From: a bacterium | Lineage (GTDB): Bacteria > Auribacterota > Tritonobacteria > UBA1439 | Direction: 5' to 3' | Length of the DNA: 64,000 bases | Assembly: GCA_028716845.1 (NCBI GenBank) | Contig: JAQUPF010000001.1 | Coordinates: 119,647 to 183,646, forward strand | Part shown: positions 25,684-35,060 of the stretch, in pieces | Layout: the number at the start of each line of letters is the position of its first letter | Numbering within the stretch: the stretch's first letter is position 1 | Notes under the pieces: model-generated | The model's input: the letters and a program-made list of their open reading frames with translations, nothing else | Told to the model about the DNA's origin: nothing | Databases searched by the model: none | Program-made: the position numbers and the translations under genes

Positions 25684-26733
25684 TCAGCGCCGGTCCCGAC
25701 GGAGGGCGGCGGCGATGCTCCGCCGGTACGGCGGGCGGAGGACGCCGACCTCCGTGATGATCCCGCTGATGAGGCGCGCCGGCGTCACGTCGAAGGCGGG
25801 GTTGTAGACCCGCACCCGCCGCGGGGCGATCCGCCGGCCGGCGAACGTCCGCACCTCGTCCGGGTCCCGCTCCTCGATCGGTATGCCCCTCCCCGAGGCG
25901 GTGGCAGGGTCGATGGTCGAGAGCGGCGCGGCGATGTAGAACGGCACCCGGTGGGCGCGGGCGAGGTGGGCGAGGCCGTAGGTGCCGATCTTGTTGGCGG
26001 TGTCGCCGTTCGCGGCGATGCGGTCGGCCCCCGTGATGACGCAGGTGATCCTCCCCTCCCCCATCACCTTCGCGGCCATGTTGTCGCAGATGAGCGTCGT
26101 GTCGATCCCCGCCCGCGCGAGCTCCCACGCGGTCAGCCGGGCCCCCTGGAGGAGCGGCCGCGTCTCGTCCGTGTACACGCGGATCCGCTTCCCCCCCTCG
26201 TGGGCGGCATAGACGACGGCGAGCGCCGTGCCGTACCGAGCGGTCGCGAGCCCCCCGGCGTTGCAGTGGGTCAGGACGGCGTCGCCGTCGCGGAGGAGGG
26301 CGGCGCCGTGCCGGCCGATACCGCGGCAGACGGCGTTGTCCTCCTCGAGGATGGCGAGCGCCTCACGCTCCAGGAGGCGGGTGAGGGCGCGGGGGCCGCC
26401 CGCCCGGTGCCGCTCCGCCGTCTCGAGCATCCGCCGGAGCGCCCAGAAGAGGTTCACCGCCGTCGGCCGCGCCGTGCCGATGTAGCGGGCAGCCTTCCGC
26501 ACGTCCCGCATGAGCCCCGCGGCGTCCGCCGCCTTCGAGCGGCGCGCGCCGAGGACGACGCCCATCGCCGCCGCGATGCCGATGGCGGGGGCGCCGCGGA
26601 CGGCGAGCCGCCGGAGCGCGTCGTGCACGTCCTCCGGCGCCCTGCACTCGATGTAGACGAGCTCCTCCGGCAGCCTCGTCTGGTCGACGATCCGCATCCT
26701 CCCCCTCTTCCAGTCGACGGTCTTGATATTCAT
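25684..26733 (-). CDS. mtnA: S-methyl-5-thioribose-1-phosphate isomerase
   Basis: MNIKTVDWKRGRMRIVDQTRLP...VRGAPAIG...GADRIAANGDTANKIGTY. Confidence 0.9.
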   Translation of the reverse strand: MNIKTVDWKRGRMRIVDQTRLPEELVYIECRAPEDVHDALRRLAVRGAPAIGIAAAMGVVLGARRSKAADAAGLMRDVRKAARYIGTARPTAVNLFWALRRMLETAERHRAGGPRALTRLLEREALAILEEDNAVCRGIGRHGAALLRDGDAVLTHCNAGGLATARYGTALAVVYAAHEGGKRIRVYTDETRPLLQGARLTAWELARAGIDTTLICDNMAAKVMGEGRITCVITGADRIAANGDTANKIGTYGLAHLARAHRVPFYIAAPLSTIDPATASGRGIPIEERDPDEVRTFAGRRIAPRRVRVYNPAFDVTPARLISGIITEVGVLRPPYRRSIAAALRRDRR

Positions 26734-26792
26734 GCGGCCTCCGGAACGGCGGGCGACGGCGCGGCCCGAGCGTTATCTTACCACATGCGCGC

Positions 26793-27803
26793 CTACGCGC
26801 CGGAAAGAAACCTGACGAGGAGCGCCCCGGCGACCGCGACGCCGTTCTGGCAGACGTGGACGGTGATCGAGGGGAGGAGCGAACCCCTCGCCTCGAAGAC
26901 GTAGGCGAGGAAGACGCCGAGCCCCAGGATCGGGAGGAAGACGGCGAGGCTCGCGTGGAGGGCGGAGAAGAGCGCCGCGCTGACGAGGATCCCCGGCCAG
27001 CGGCCGATCGAGTCGCGCAGCGCCTGGTAGGCGAATCCCCTGAAGAAGATCTCCTCGAAGACGGGGCCGACGAAGACGACGAAGCAGACGAGGAGGAACA
27101 GCGCCGGGGCGGAGAGGTCGGCGAAGAAGAGCCCGATCTGCTCCTGGGGCTGGAGGGGGATGCCGAGCCGGTCGGCCGCCCGCTCCGTCAGCCAGGTCAG
27201 GGCGATCAGGACCGGAAGGAAGCCGATGTAGCAGCCGATGCCGGCCGCGACGTGGCCGAGCGCCCCGCCCCCCCGCAGGCCGAGCGTGCGCGCCGCCCGT
27301 GAGAGGGGACGCGGCAGGATGCGGAAGAGGACGATGACGGCGGCGAGCTCCGCGACGAACTGGATGGCGACCGAGACCGACACCTCCGACGCCCCGAACC
27401 GGAGGAGGCGACCGCCGGCGACGGCCGCGTGGGCGGCGAAGAATACCGCGAGGAAGACCGCGATGACGGCTGCGACGTCGACCGCCGTCCACTCGGCGCC
27501 GCCGCGCGGGGGCGGGAGTCCGCCGCGCCCCCGGAGCCGGCGCCAGACGAAGCGGACGTCGATGGCGATGCCGGCGAAGACGGCGAGGAGGAAGGCGTGG
27601 ACGAGGAGCACGAAGAAGCGCGACGATTCGGCCGCCTCTTCCAGCGCATTGAGGACCTCCACCTCGCTCGGGAGGGCGGGGGCGATCGGCGCGGAGCGGC
27701 CGGCCTCCTCTCCGCCGCCCATGAACGCCGCAAGGGCGAAGAGGAGGAAGGCGGCGAGGCAGGCGAGGAACCAGAATCCCTTCTCGCCCGCGGTCACGGG
27801 CAT
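26793..27803 (-). CDS. CPBP-family intramembrane glutamic endopeptidase (CAAX protease-like)
   Basis: ATG at 27803 is preceded by GGAGGAGG. Motifs EEIFFRG and FSALH...HVCQN are present. Confidence 0.8.
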   Translation of the reverse strand: MPVTAGEKGFWFLACLAAFLLFALAAFMGGGEEAGRSAPIAPALPSEVEVLNALEEAAESSRFFVLLVHAFLLAVFAGIAIDVRFVWRRLRGRGGLPPPRGGAEWTAVDVAAVIAVFLAVFFAAHAAVAGGRLLRFGASEVSVSVAIQFVAELAAVIVLFRILPRPLSRAARTLGLRGGGALGHVAAGIGCYIGFLPVLIALTWLTERAADRLGIPLQPQEQIGLFFADLSAPALFLLVCFVVFVGPVFEEIFFRGFAYQALRDSIGRWPGILVSAALFSALHASLAVFLPILGLGVFLAYVFEARGSLLPSITVHVCQNGVAVAGALLVRFLSGA

Positions 27804-27900
27804 GCGGCACCTCCTCCGACGGACGGCGGATGGTAGCATCCCCGGGGGGGTCGTGCAAGGCGGCCCGGCCCGGCGGCGGCGGCCGGATTAATGAACTCCT

Positions 27901-27991
27901 CACCACGGATCTTCGCTGATCATTGACGGATCTGCACGGATTATTCCGAAACGGCATCCGTGATATCCGTGATGATCCGTGCCGGTCCGCG
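27901..27991. repeat. Heptamer-only palindromic array (4 + 4 sites, 10-bp phase)
   Basis: CACGGAT-type sites end at 27910, 27920, 27931 and 27941. ATCCGTG-type sites start at 27956, 27965, 27975 and 27985. Confidence 0.85.
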
Positions 27992-28102
27992 GCTGTTTGT
28001 TCATCATATCCGGTTGGAATGGGCGCGAACGCGCCGGCGGCGGGGTCGTTGACACCCCCCCTCCTCTCGCCTACAATGCGGCGTGGCCCGGAAAGGACCG
28101 CC

Positions 28103-29956
28103 ATGCCCGATTCCGAAGACGCCGCCGGAATAAATGGATCCCCCCGCATCTTCGACGTCCTCGACGCGCTCCGTTACCCGGTGACGGTCCAGGACGCCCG
28201 CTACACGATCCGCTTCATGAACGCGCGGCTCCGCCGGCGGCACGGCGACGGCGACGGCGGACGATGCCACCGCGTCTACATGGGCCGTGCGGAGCCGTGC
28301 CCGGGCTGTCCCGCCCCCGCCATTATCGCCGGCGACATCGAGGAGGCGTCCTACACGATCGAGGACGCGGCGGGCCGGCTGTTCGAGTGCACCGCGGGCG
28401 CCATCCGGTTGCCCGACGGTTCAAAGGGCGTCGTCGAGACGCTCGCCGACGTCACCGCCCGGCGGAAGGCGGCGGGGGTCATCCATGAGTTCGCGCGGTC
28501 GATGCGGGGCGCCGTGGCGGAGAAGGACGCCGCCCTCCGGCGCTCGGAGGAGATGTTCCAGGCCCTCTTCGAGCACGCGGGCGACGCGATCCTCACGGCC
28601 GAGGCGGGCGGCGACATCATCTCCGCCAACCGGTCGGCGGAGCGCCTGACCGGCTACAGCGGGGAGGAGATCGGCGCCCTGCGCGCGACGGCCCTCTTCG
28701 CCCCCGGCGACTTCGAGCGGATCCGCGAGGAGCTCCTCAGGTCGCCGCCGGGCGCGGGCCTCATCCGCCGCGCGGAGATCGTCCGCAGGGACGGGACGCC
28801 CGTCCCCGTGGATGTGAACGCGAACCGCCTCACCCACGGGGGCCGGGAGATCATCATCGCGATCTGCAGGGACATGCGGGAGGCGCTCATGATCAACCGC
28901 CGGGCCCAACTCCTCGCGAGCGCCGTCGAGAACACCTCATCGAGCGTCATCCTGACCGACCTCGACCACCGCATCATCTACGTCAACCCGGCCACGCTGA
29001 GGATGCTCGGCTACCGGGAGGAGGAGATGCTCGGCCGCCCGACGGCGGACTTCTACGAGGGGACGCCCGGGAATCCCCCCTCCCTCGCCGACCAGATCAG
29101 GCGGGAGGCGCGGGACGGAGTATGGGAGGGCGAGATCTTCAACCGCACCAGGACCGGCGAGGTCTTCCCGGCGGCCCTCTGCATGTGTATCGTCAGGAAC
29201 GAGCGGGGCGGGATCATCGGGTACGCCGGCATCGCCGACGACATCTCCCGGCGCAGGCGGATGGAGGAGGAACTCGTCCGGCGGGAGAAGATGTCGCTCC
29301 TCGGCGAGCTCGTCGCCGGGATCGCGCACGAACTCAACAACCCGCTCACCGGCGTCCTCGGCTACGCCGAGATCATTCGGAACTCCCCCTGCCCCGAGGA
29401 GGTGCGGGATGACGCGGGCCGGATCCACGAGGAGGCCTCGCGCTGCCACGCCCTCGTCAGGAATCTTCTCACCTTCGGCCGGCGACCCCCGCCGGTGCTG
29501 GAGCCCGCCGACCTGAACGCGGCCGTCGAGGCCGCGCTCCACAGCGCCGGAAAGGAGCTCGCGGCGGACGGGATCGAGGTCGACGTCCGGCTCGACCGCG
29601 GCCTTCCCCACGCCCCCATCGACATCCAACAGATGCAGCACGTCTTCCTCAACATCATCACGAACGCCCGCCACGCGCTCGCCGGCAGGCGCGGGAGGCG
29701 CCGCATCGCCGTCACGAGCCGCGTCCGGGACGGCCGCATCGAAGCGGCCGTCTCGAACAACGGCCCCCCGATCCGGGCGGAGTCCCTGGAGAAGATCTTC
29801 ACGCCGTTCTTCAGCACGAAGGAGTTCGGCCACGGGACGGGCCTCGGGCTGAGCATCGCCCGCGGCATCGTCGAGGATCACGGCGGGGAGATCAGGGTCG
29901 AGAGCGTGAGGAAGACGGTGTTCACGGTGTCGCTCCCCCTTCCCTCCCCCCCGTGA
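28103..29956 (+). CDS. Soluble multi-PAS sensor histidine kinase
   Basis: H-box AGIAHELNNPLT and G2 box GTGLGLSIARGIVEDHGG are present. At least two PAS modules and no TM. An alternative start lies at 28076. Confidence 0.85.
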   Translation: MPDSEDAAGINGSPRIFDVLDALRYPVTVQDARYTIRFMNARLRRRHGDGDGGRCHRVYMGRAEPCPGCPAPAIIAGDIEEASYTIEDAAGRLFECTAGAIRLPDGSKGVVETLADVTARRKAAGVIHEFARSMRGAVAEKDAALRRSEEMFQALFEHAGDAILTAEAGGDIISANRSAERLTGYSGEEIGALRATALFAPGDFERIREELLRSPPGAGLIRRAEIVRRDGTPVPVDVNANRLTHGGREIIIAICRDMREALMINRRAQLLASAVENTSSSVILTDLDHRIIYVNPATLRMLGYREEEMLGRPTADFYEGTPGNPPSLADQIRREARDGVWEGEIFNRTRTGEVFPAALCMCIVRNERGGIIGYAGIADDISRRRRMEEELVRREKMSLLGELVAGIAHELNNPLTGVLGYAEIIRNSPCPEEVRDDAGRIHEEASRCHALVRNLLTFGRRPPPVLEPADLNAAVEAALHSAGKELAADGIEVDVRLDRGLPHAPIDIQQMQHVFLNIITNARHALAGRRGRRRIAVTSRVRDGRIEAAVSNNGPPIRAESLEKIFTPFFSTKEFGHGTGLGLSIARGIVEDHGGEIRVESVRKTVFTVSLPLPSPP

Positions 29957-30458
29957 GGAGGGAGGTCTCCTCCTCGAAGCGGTCGAGCAGGTGGGCGCCG
30001 CCGTCCCTGCGGAGCACGCACCGCCAGCATCCCCCCTTCCGTCCGACGACCATCTCCCCGATGATGCGGAAGTCGCTCGGGATGATCCCTCCCCGCTCGT
30101 CGGCGATGCGGTCGAGCGGGAACCAGGCGAGCGCCCCCTCCGCGCCGCCGGCGACCCGGGGCGAGCGGGGGGCGAGCTCGCAGATGTGGAGGAGGAAGTG
30201 CCGCTCGAGGCGCCCGTCGCCGACGAGGTGCTCCGAGACGAGGCCGAGATAGGCGACGAAATCAGCCTCGACGCCCGTCTCCTCGGCGATCTCCCGCGCC
30301 GCCGCCGCGGCGACGTGCTCCCCCCCCTCGATCTTGCCGCCCGGCAGCCCCCAGAGGCCGACGTAGTCGCCCCGGCGCCGCCGGATGAGGAGGATCCTCC
30401 CCTCGTGGATGAGCGCGGCGACGACCACCGCGAGCGGCCGCTCCCTCCCGCCCGTCAC
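29922..30458 (-). CDS. NUDIX hydrolase
   Basis: Nudix box GGKIEGGEHVAAAAAREIAEETGV. The GTG start overlaps the upstream stop (GTGA). Confidence 0.85.
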   Translation of the reverse strand: MTGGRERPLAVVVAALIHEGRILLIRRRRGDYVGLWGLPGGKIEGGEHVAAAAAREIAEETGVEADFVAYLGLVSEHLVGDGRLERHFLLHICELAPRSPRVAGGAEGALAWFPLDRIADERGGIIPSDFRIIGEMVVGRKGGCWRCVLRRDGGAHLLDRFEEETSLLTGGREGGATP

Positions 30459-31453
30459 GCCGCCTCCCCGCCGCGCCCGGCGGCCGCCGCGGCGACCGCG
30501 GCGGCGAGGATCGCCCGGACGCCGGCCTCATCGGGATCCATGCCGCGGAAGCGGAGGTACTCCTCGGCGACCGCGCGCGCCCGCCGCTCCTCCTCGGGGC
30601 CGAACGGCGCCTCCCCGGCCGCGGCGCGGGGCCCCTTCTCCGCGCCGCCGGTCGCCGCCACCCCCAGCCCCGCGGCCGTCGTGATGATCTCCCACGCGAG
30701 ATCCTTTCCCCTGAAGGCGGCGAAGAGCTTCTCCCAGAAGAGCCGGAACGACCGCCGGTACCGCATCCCGAGGCCCGGCAGCCGGCAGAGGACGGCGTGG
30801 AGGAGGAGCAGGACCGCCGCGGAGAGGACCGTGGAGAGGAGCGTCCCGAACGCCTTCACCGTCTCGAGGGCGACCTGACGCGCGTAGGCGCGCGCGGCCT
30901 CCCCCCGCGACGGGTCGTCGGGCCGGTCGAGTCCCCTGCCGAGCTCGACGACGCGCGCCGACAGATCCGCCGGCCCGATGAAGAAGAGGCTGCCGCCCCC
31001 GCCGCCGGGATGGACCATGAGGTCCGCCTCCCCGAGCGGCATCCCCGCCCCCGCCGCCGCGGCGAGGATCCTCCGCTTCATCTCCGCCGCCTCGACCGCC
31101 TTCGGCTCGATCCGGACCACCGGCGGCGCGGCCCCGGGGACGCCGGCGGCCTCGTCGAGCGCGGCGAGCACCTTCTTCACGAGGGCCACGTCCGCCTCCC
31201 TTCCGCGCACGCAGACGAGGCGCGGCGTGCGCTCCCCGGGGAGCGGATGGACCGCGACGGTGCAGCGGGGCGAGACCCTCAGCCGGGCGAAGACGCCCCT
31301 GAGATCCTCCTCCGCGCGCGCGGCGTCGCCCCGCTTCATGACGACGCAGTCGACCGTGTCCGGCGGAAACGCCGCCGCGATCTCCCGCGCCTCCTCCCCC
31401 GCGTGCGCCGCGGCGCACGAGAGAAAGGCGATCACGCATGCCGTCCTCATCAT
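30455..31453 (-). CDS. Hypothetical secreted/membrane protein (332 aa)
   Basis: Signal-like MMRTACVIAFLSCAAAHA. There is one later TM (LLSTVLSAAVLLLLHAVL). The start overlaps the upstream stop (ATGATGA). Confidence 0.65.
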   Translation of the reverse strand: MMRTACVIAFLSCAAAHAGEEAREIAAAFPPDTVDCVVMKRGDAARAEEDLRGVFARLRVSPRCTVAVHPLPGERTPRLVCVRGREADVALVKKVLAALDEAAGVPGAAPPVVRIEPKAVEAAEMKRRILAAAAGAGMPLGEADLMVHPGGGGGSLFFIGPADLSARVVELGRGLDRPDDPSRGEAARAYARQVALETVKAFGTLLSTVLSAAVLLLLHAVLCRLPGLGMRYRRSFRLFWEKLFAAFRGKDLAWEIITTAAGLGVAATGGAEKGPRAAAGEAPFGPEEERRARAVAEEYLRFRGMDPDEAGVRAILAAAVAAAAAGRGGEAA

Positions 31454-32922
31454 CGCCTCCCCTCCGCTCCCCCGCCGAGCCCCCGCGCGCGGAGGACGGA
31501 GCCGATCGCGGCGGCGTGCGCCCCGCCGAAGACCGCCCCGTCCGCGCGTTCGATCCCGAAGGCCGCGTCCGCGAAGCGCGCGAACTCCGGCAGGAAATGC
31601 ATGCTCTCGTAGGCGAGGGTGTCCGCCGCCGCCGCGCCGAGCGAGCGCCGGAGGTCCCAGCAGGCAGCGCCCCAGATCTCCCCGTCCGCGTGCGCGTCGC
31701 CGGTCATGTCCGCGGGGTACCGCTTCCCGTTCGTCAGGTCGCGCAGGTGCGGGTCGCCCCGCGGCGCGACGACCCACTCGCCGATCTGCGCGTCGTCGGT
31801 GAGCGAGCAGCCGAAGTAGTCCGCGTACCCCTCATGGAGTGCGTCCGCCTCCCGCCCCTTCAGGTGCGGGTTGATGCGATCGAGGACCGCGTGCGTGTAC
31901 TCGTGGCAGATGACCGCCGCCTCCCGGGAGAGGGGGTTCATGCGGCCGGGGCCGCCGCCGTCCCCGAAATAGATGCCGCCGGTCGAAGGATCGTAGTAGG
32001 CGTTGTCCATGCGGTCGCCCGCGTGCACGTTCGCGGTGATCGCGCCGGCCGCGGCGTGCGGATCGATGCCGGAGAGATGCGCCGCGATCCGGTCGACGTG
32101 GTAGTACGCCATGACCTCGTCGAAATGCGTCTCGGCCGGGTCGTAGATGAAGGCGCCGTCGGGGGAGGTCGCCTCCGCGTAGTCCTCGTTGACGACGACG
32201 ACGTGCGCCCCCTTCAGTTCGGTCACCCCGTCCAGCCGCTCGAGCGCGACCTCCCGCAGCTCGGGGTCCTCGATCGGGCTGAGGAGGTAGACGCGCCCCC
32301 TCCCCACCGCGAACCGCATCGAGTTGTAGACCCGAAGGATGCCGCCCGATCGGGCGTCCACGAGGTAGATCCAGGTGCCGAGCGGGGCAGCGGCGGGGAC
32401 GGTGACCTTGTAGGCGGGGACGAGCCCCGCCGCCGAGGCGAGGACGACCTCCCGCACCCTCGTCCGCCCGCGGAGCCGGAGGCCCGCCCCGAGATCGGCG
32501 AGCGCGGCGGCGACCGCCTGTTTCCTCGTCACCGGCTGTGCGCCCGGGGCGGCCGCCCGCGGCGCCTCGCGGAAGGAACCGGTCACGGCGTAGACGGCGC
32601 CCGCCCCGTCGAGGTGGACGCCGATGATGCCGCCGATGACGGGGGCGCCGCCCCAGTCCTCCTGAAAGCGGACATGGGTCCCGCTCCGGCTCCGCCAGAC
32701 GCGGACGAGGCGGAGGAGCGACGGATCGGCGACGCCGAGGCGCGGCCCCTCGTCCAGGAGGAACCGTCGCGCGGCGCCGGCAAGGGCGCCGTCGCCGGGG
32801 GGGGCCACCTCCGGTTCGGGCGCGGACGGCGGGGCGGCGGGGCGCTCCCACCGGATGAAGGAACCGGCGTCGCGCCCGTCGAACAGCCGCCGGATGCCGG
32901 GGGTGCGTTCCGGCCGGATCAT
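31450..32922 (-). CDS. Thermolysin/fungalysin-like (M4/M36) zinc metalloprotease with an FTP/PepSY-like propeptide
   Basis: HEYTHAV plus ALHEGYADYFG form the HExxH...E zinc site. The N-terminal part has THVRFQEDWGGAPVIGG, which is FTP-like. ATG at 32922. No obvious signal peptide. Confidence 0.75.
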   Translation of the reverse strand: MIRPERTPGIRRLFDGRDAGSFIRWERPAAPPSAPEPEVAPPGDGALAGAARRFLLDEGPRLGVADPSLLRLVRVWRSRSGTHVRFQEDWGGAPVIGGIIGVHLDGAGAVYAVTGSFREAPRAAAPGAQPVTRKQAVAAALADLGAGLRLRGRTRVREVVLASAAGLVPAYKVTVPAAAPLGTWIYLVDARSGGILRVYNSMRFAVGRGRVYLLSPIEDPELREVALERLDGVTELKGAHVVVVNEDYAEATSPDGAFIYDPAETHFDEVMAYYHVDRIAAHLSGIDPHAAAGAITANVHAGDRMDNAYYDPSTGGIYFGDGGGPGRMNPLSREAAVICHEYTHAVLDRINPHLKGREADALHEGYADYFGCSLTDDAQIGEWVVAPRGDPHLRDLTNGKRYPADMTGDAHADGEIWGAACWDLRRSLGAAAADTLAYESMHFLPEFARFADAAFGIERADGAVFGGAHAAAIGSVLRARGLGGGAEGRR

Positions 32923-33190
32923 GGCGTCACCGCGCCCTCGGGCGCCGCGCTCATCCCGATCGCTCCTCCGTCCGCACTGTACACGATCGCCGCGGGCGCC
33001 GTCAAACCAAATCCGCCTCCGATTTCTCCGCTGCGCATCGGAGAAATCGGAGTGTCCGATGTCCACCCGCGATAATCCCCGGCGGAAACCCTGTTTCTTT
33101 CAGCCCCGGCCCCCGGGCGCCGCCGCGGCGCCCGGGCCGGCACCTCCTTGCCGTCCCCTCCCGGCCTGTAGTACAATCCCGCCCTGTCCC

Positions 33191-34207
33191 ATGGAAGACC
33201 GCTTCGACTCGATGATGCGGAGGTTCCTCGTCCCCCTGCGGGAGCTCGGGGGGCGCGTGGACGACAGCACCTATTTCCTCCGGCACGACGGGGGCCTCGC
33301 CTTCGCCCAGGGCTACCACCATCCGCCCGGGACGATCTCCTGCAAGATCCTCTACTATCCGAGCCCGGGGGGCTGGGTGGACATCTTCGGCCGCCGATAC
33401 GAGTGCCTCCACAAGCGGTACAGCGGCGGGAAGATGCACTCCTTCACGAACCCGGAGCAGTTCGAGATGCACTTCGAGCTCTTCCCGGAACTCGCCGGCG
33501 CCGCCCGCCGCGCGCCGGTCATCAAGAACAACCTGCTCCTCCCGCTCGACGGCTTCGCCGGTTACTTCGACCCGCGGCGGTCGCTCGAGATCTGCATGGA
33601 GCTCTACCCGAAGATCCGGCGGGGGATCGAGGCGGCGAGCGACCTGCTCGAGGTGCCCGTCGGGAGGATGGGGCTCACCGGCTCGCTCCAGTACGGCAGG
33701 CTCGAGGAGCACGACGACGACACCGACATCTGCTTCTACGGGAGCGTTGAGGAGAACTACGCCCTCATGCTGAAGATCCTCGGCCTCGTGCGGGAGGACC
33801 CGTCGCGCCACGTGTGGGAGTTCGGCAAGTTCTGGCCGCTCCGGATGCGCCACGGCGGCATCCTCGTCTGCCCGTTCTTCATCTACGCCCGCGAGGAGGA
33901 GATCCCGCTCCGGGACTGCCGGATCGAGGCGGTGCGGGAGCGGGCCGTCGTGACCGGGACGATCACCGACATCCGCCACTCGATCTACATGCCGCTCGTC
34001 TTCCCGCTCGAGGGGGCTGCGGTGGACGGCGAGCCGCGGGAGCGCTTCATCCTGATCTTGGGCGACAGCTACGTCCGCGGCGAGTTCGAGGCGGGGCAGC
34101 GCGTGCGCGCGGAGGGCGAGCTCGTCAAGATCGAGAAGGCGGCGGGGACGTTCGAGGCGGTCATCGCGGCGAACAACTGGGACGTGACGACCGTTTCTCG
34201 TTCCTAG
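33191..34207 (+). CDS. Predicted nucleotidyltransferase (Pol-beta-like GS..DxD motif) with a C-terminal OB-like barrel. Function unknown.
   Basis: ATG at 33191 within ORF 32855..34207. GLTGSLQYGRLEEHDDDTDICFYG fits GS-x11-DxD. The C-terminal 90 aa has a beta-rich OB-like pattern. Confidence 0.55.
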   Translation: MEDRFDSMMRRFLVPLRELGGRVDDSTYFLRHDGGLAFAQGYHHPPGTISCKILYYPSPGGWVDIFGRRYECLHKRYSGGKMHSFTNPEQFEMHFELFPELAGAARRAPVIKNNLLLPLDGFAGYFDPRRSLEICMELYPKIRRGIEAASDLLEVPVGRMGLTGSLQYGRLEEHDDDTDICFYGSVEENYALMLKILGLVREDPSRHVWEFGKFWPLRMRHGGILVCPFFIYAREEEIPLRDCRIEAVRERAVVTGTITDIRHSIYMPLVFPLEGAAVDGEPRERFILILGDSYVRGEFEAGQRVRAEGELVKIEKAAGTFEAVIAANNWDVTTVSRS

Positions 34208-34326
34208 TTTCCCGTTTCTCGGGATGGCGGCGACTCGGGTGCCATGCCGTTGCTCGCTGCCGGTTGATCGTTTCCCGCCCGATGCCGCCGCGGCACGCCC
34301 CTCATGTCCGACGGAACTCCCGGCCG

Positions 34327-34989
34327 CTACCTCTTCCCCAGCGGCATCAGGTAGAGCGGCTCCTCCTCCTTCGGCAGGCGGAGGACCTCCTTCACCTCGG
34401 CGTCGTTGAACGCGCCCACGGCCACCGTGCCGAGGCCGAGCGCCTCCGCCTGGAGGGAGATGTTCTGCCCCGCGTGGCCGACCTCCATGTCGATGTACCG
34501 CCTCGCCCGGCCGCCGTAGCGCGACGCCGTGCGCGCATACACCGCCGCGATCAGGATCGTCGCGGGGGCCACCCGGACCCACGGCTGGCCGAGCGCGGCG
34601 GCCGCGAGCGGCCGGCGGACGTCTCCCGCAAACGCCCTCGAGAGGGCGTGCCGCGCGGGGAGGTAGCGGTAGACGCCGGCCTCGAGGCCGGTCACGTTCC
34701 CCGCGACGAGGAAGACCTCGAGCGGGTAGGTCGCCCCCGCGGAGGGGGCCGCCCGGAGCCCCTGCCGCCGCTCGGTGATCCCCTGCGCGGCCCACAGGAT
34801 CTGGGAGACCTCGGCGAGGGCGAGCGGCTCCTTCCGGTACTCGCGGACCGAGCGCCGCCGCGCGACCGCCTCCTCCACCGAGAGCCGCCCCTTGAGGGCG
34901 GGCGCCGGCAGCGCGATCTCGCCGTCCGTGCCCTTCTCCGCGACGAGCCCGAGACAGGCGAGGGCGATCATCAGCAGGAACAGGTCCAT
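34327..34989 (-). CDS. SagB/ThcOx-type nitroreductase-family protein with an N-terminal anchor
   Basis: RRSVREY...[12 protein letters not shown]...[13 protein letters not shown]...VGAF are the nitroreductase fold motifs. Confidence 0.8.
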   Translation of the reverse strand: MDLFLLMIALACLGLVAEKGTDGEIALPAPALKGRLSVEEAVARRRSVREYRKEPLALAEVSQILWAAQGITERRQGLRAAPSAGATYPLEVFLVAGNVTGLEAGVYRYLPARHALSRAFAGDVRRPLAAAALGQPWVRVAPATILIAAVYARTASRYGGRARRYIDMEVGHAGQNISLQAEALGLGTVAVGAFNDAEVKEVLRLPKEEEPLYLMPLGKR

Positions 34990-35060
34990 GGCGGGCCTCC
35001 CTTCGTCGCCGCGCTGGCGGCGTCCTTGCGTCCGCGGGAATGAGCCGGTAGAATTATAGC

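Noticed and set aside
33191-34207. Calling this gene a bacterial TiaS (agmatidine synthetase) homolog
   Set aside because: The resemblance is limited to two short segments seen by eye. The N-terminal kinase-like domain and the zinc ribbon of TiaS are absent. I kept it only as a weak remark in the finding.
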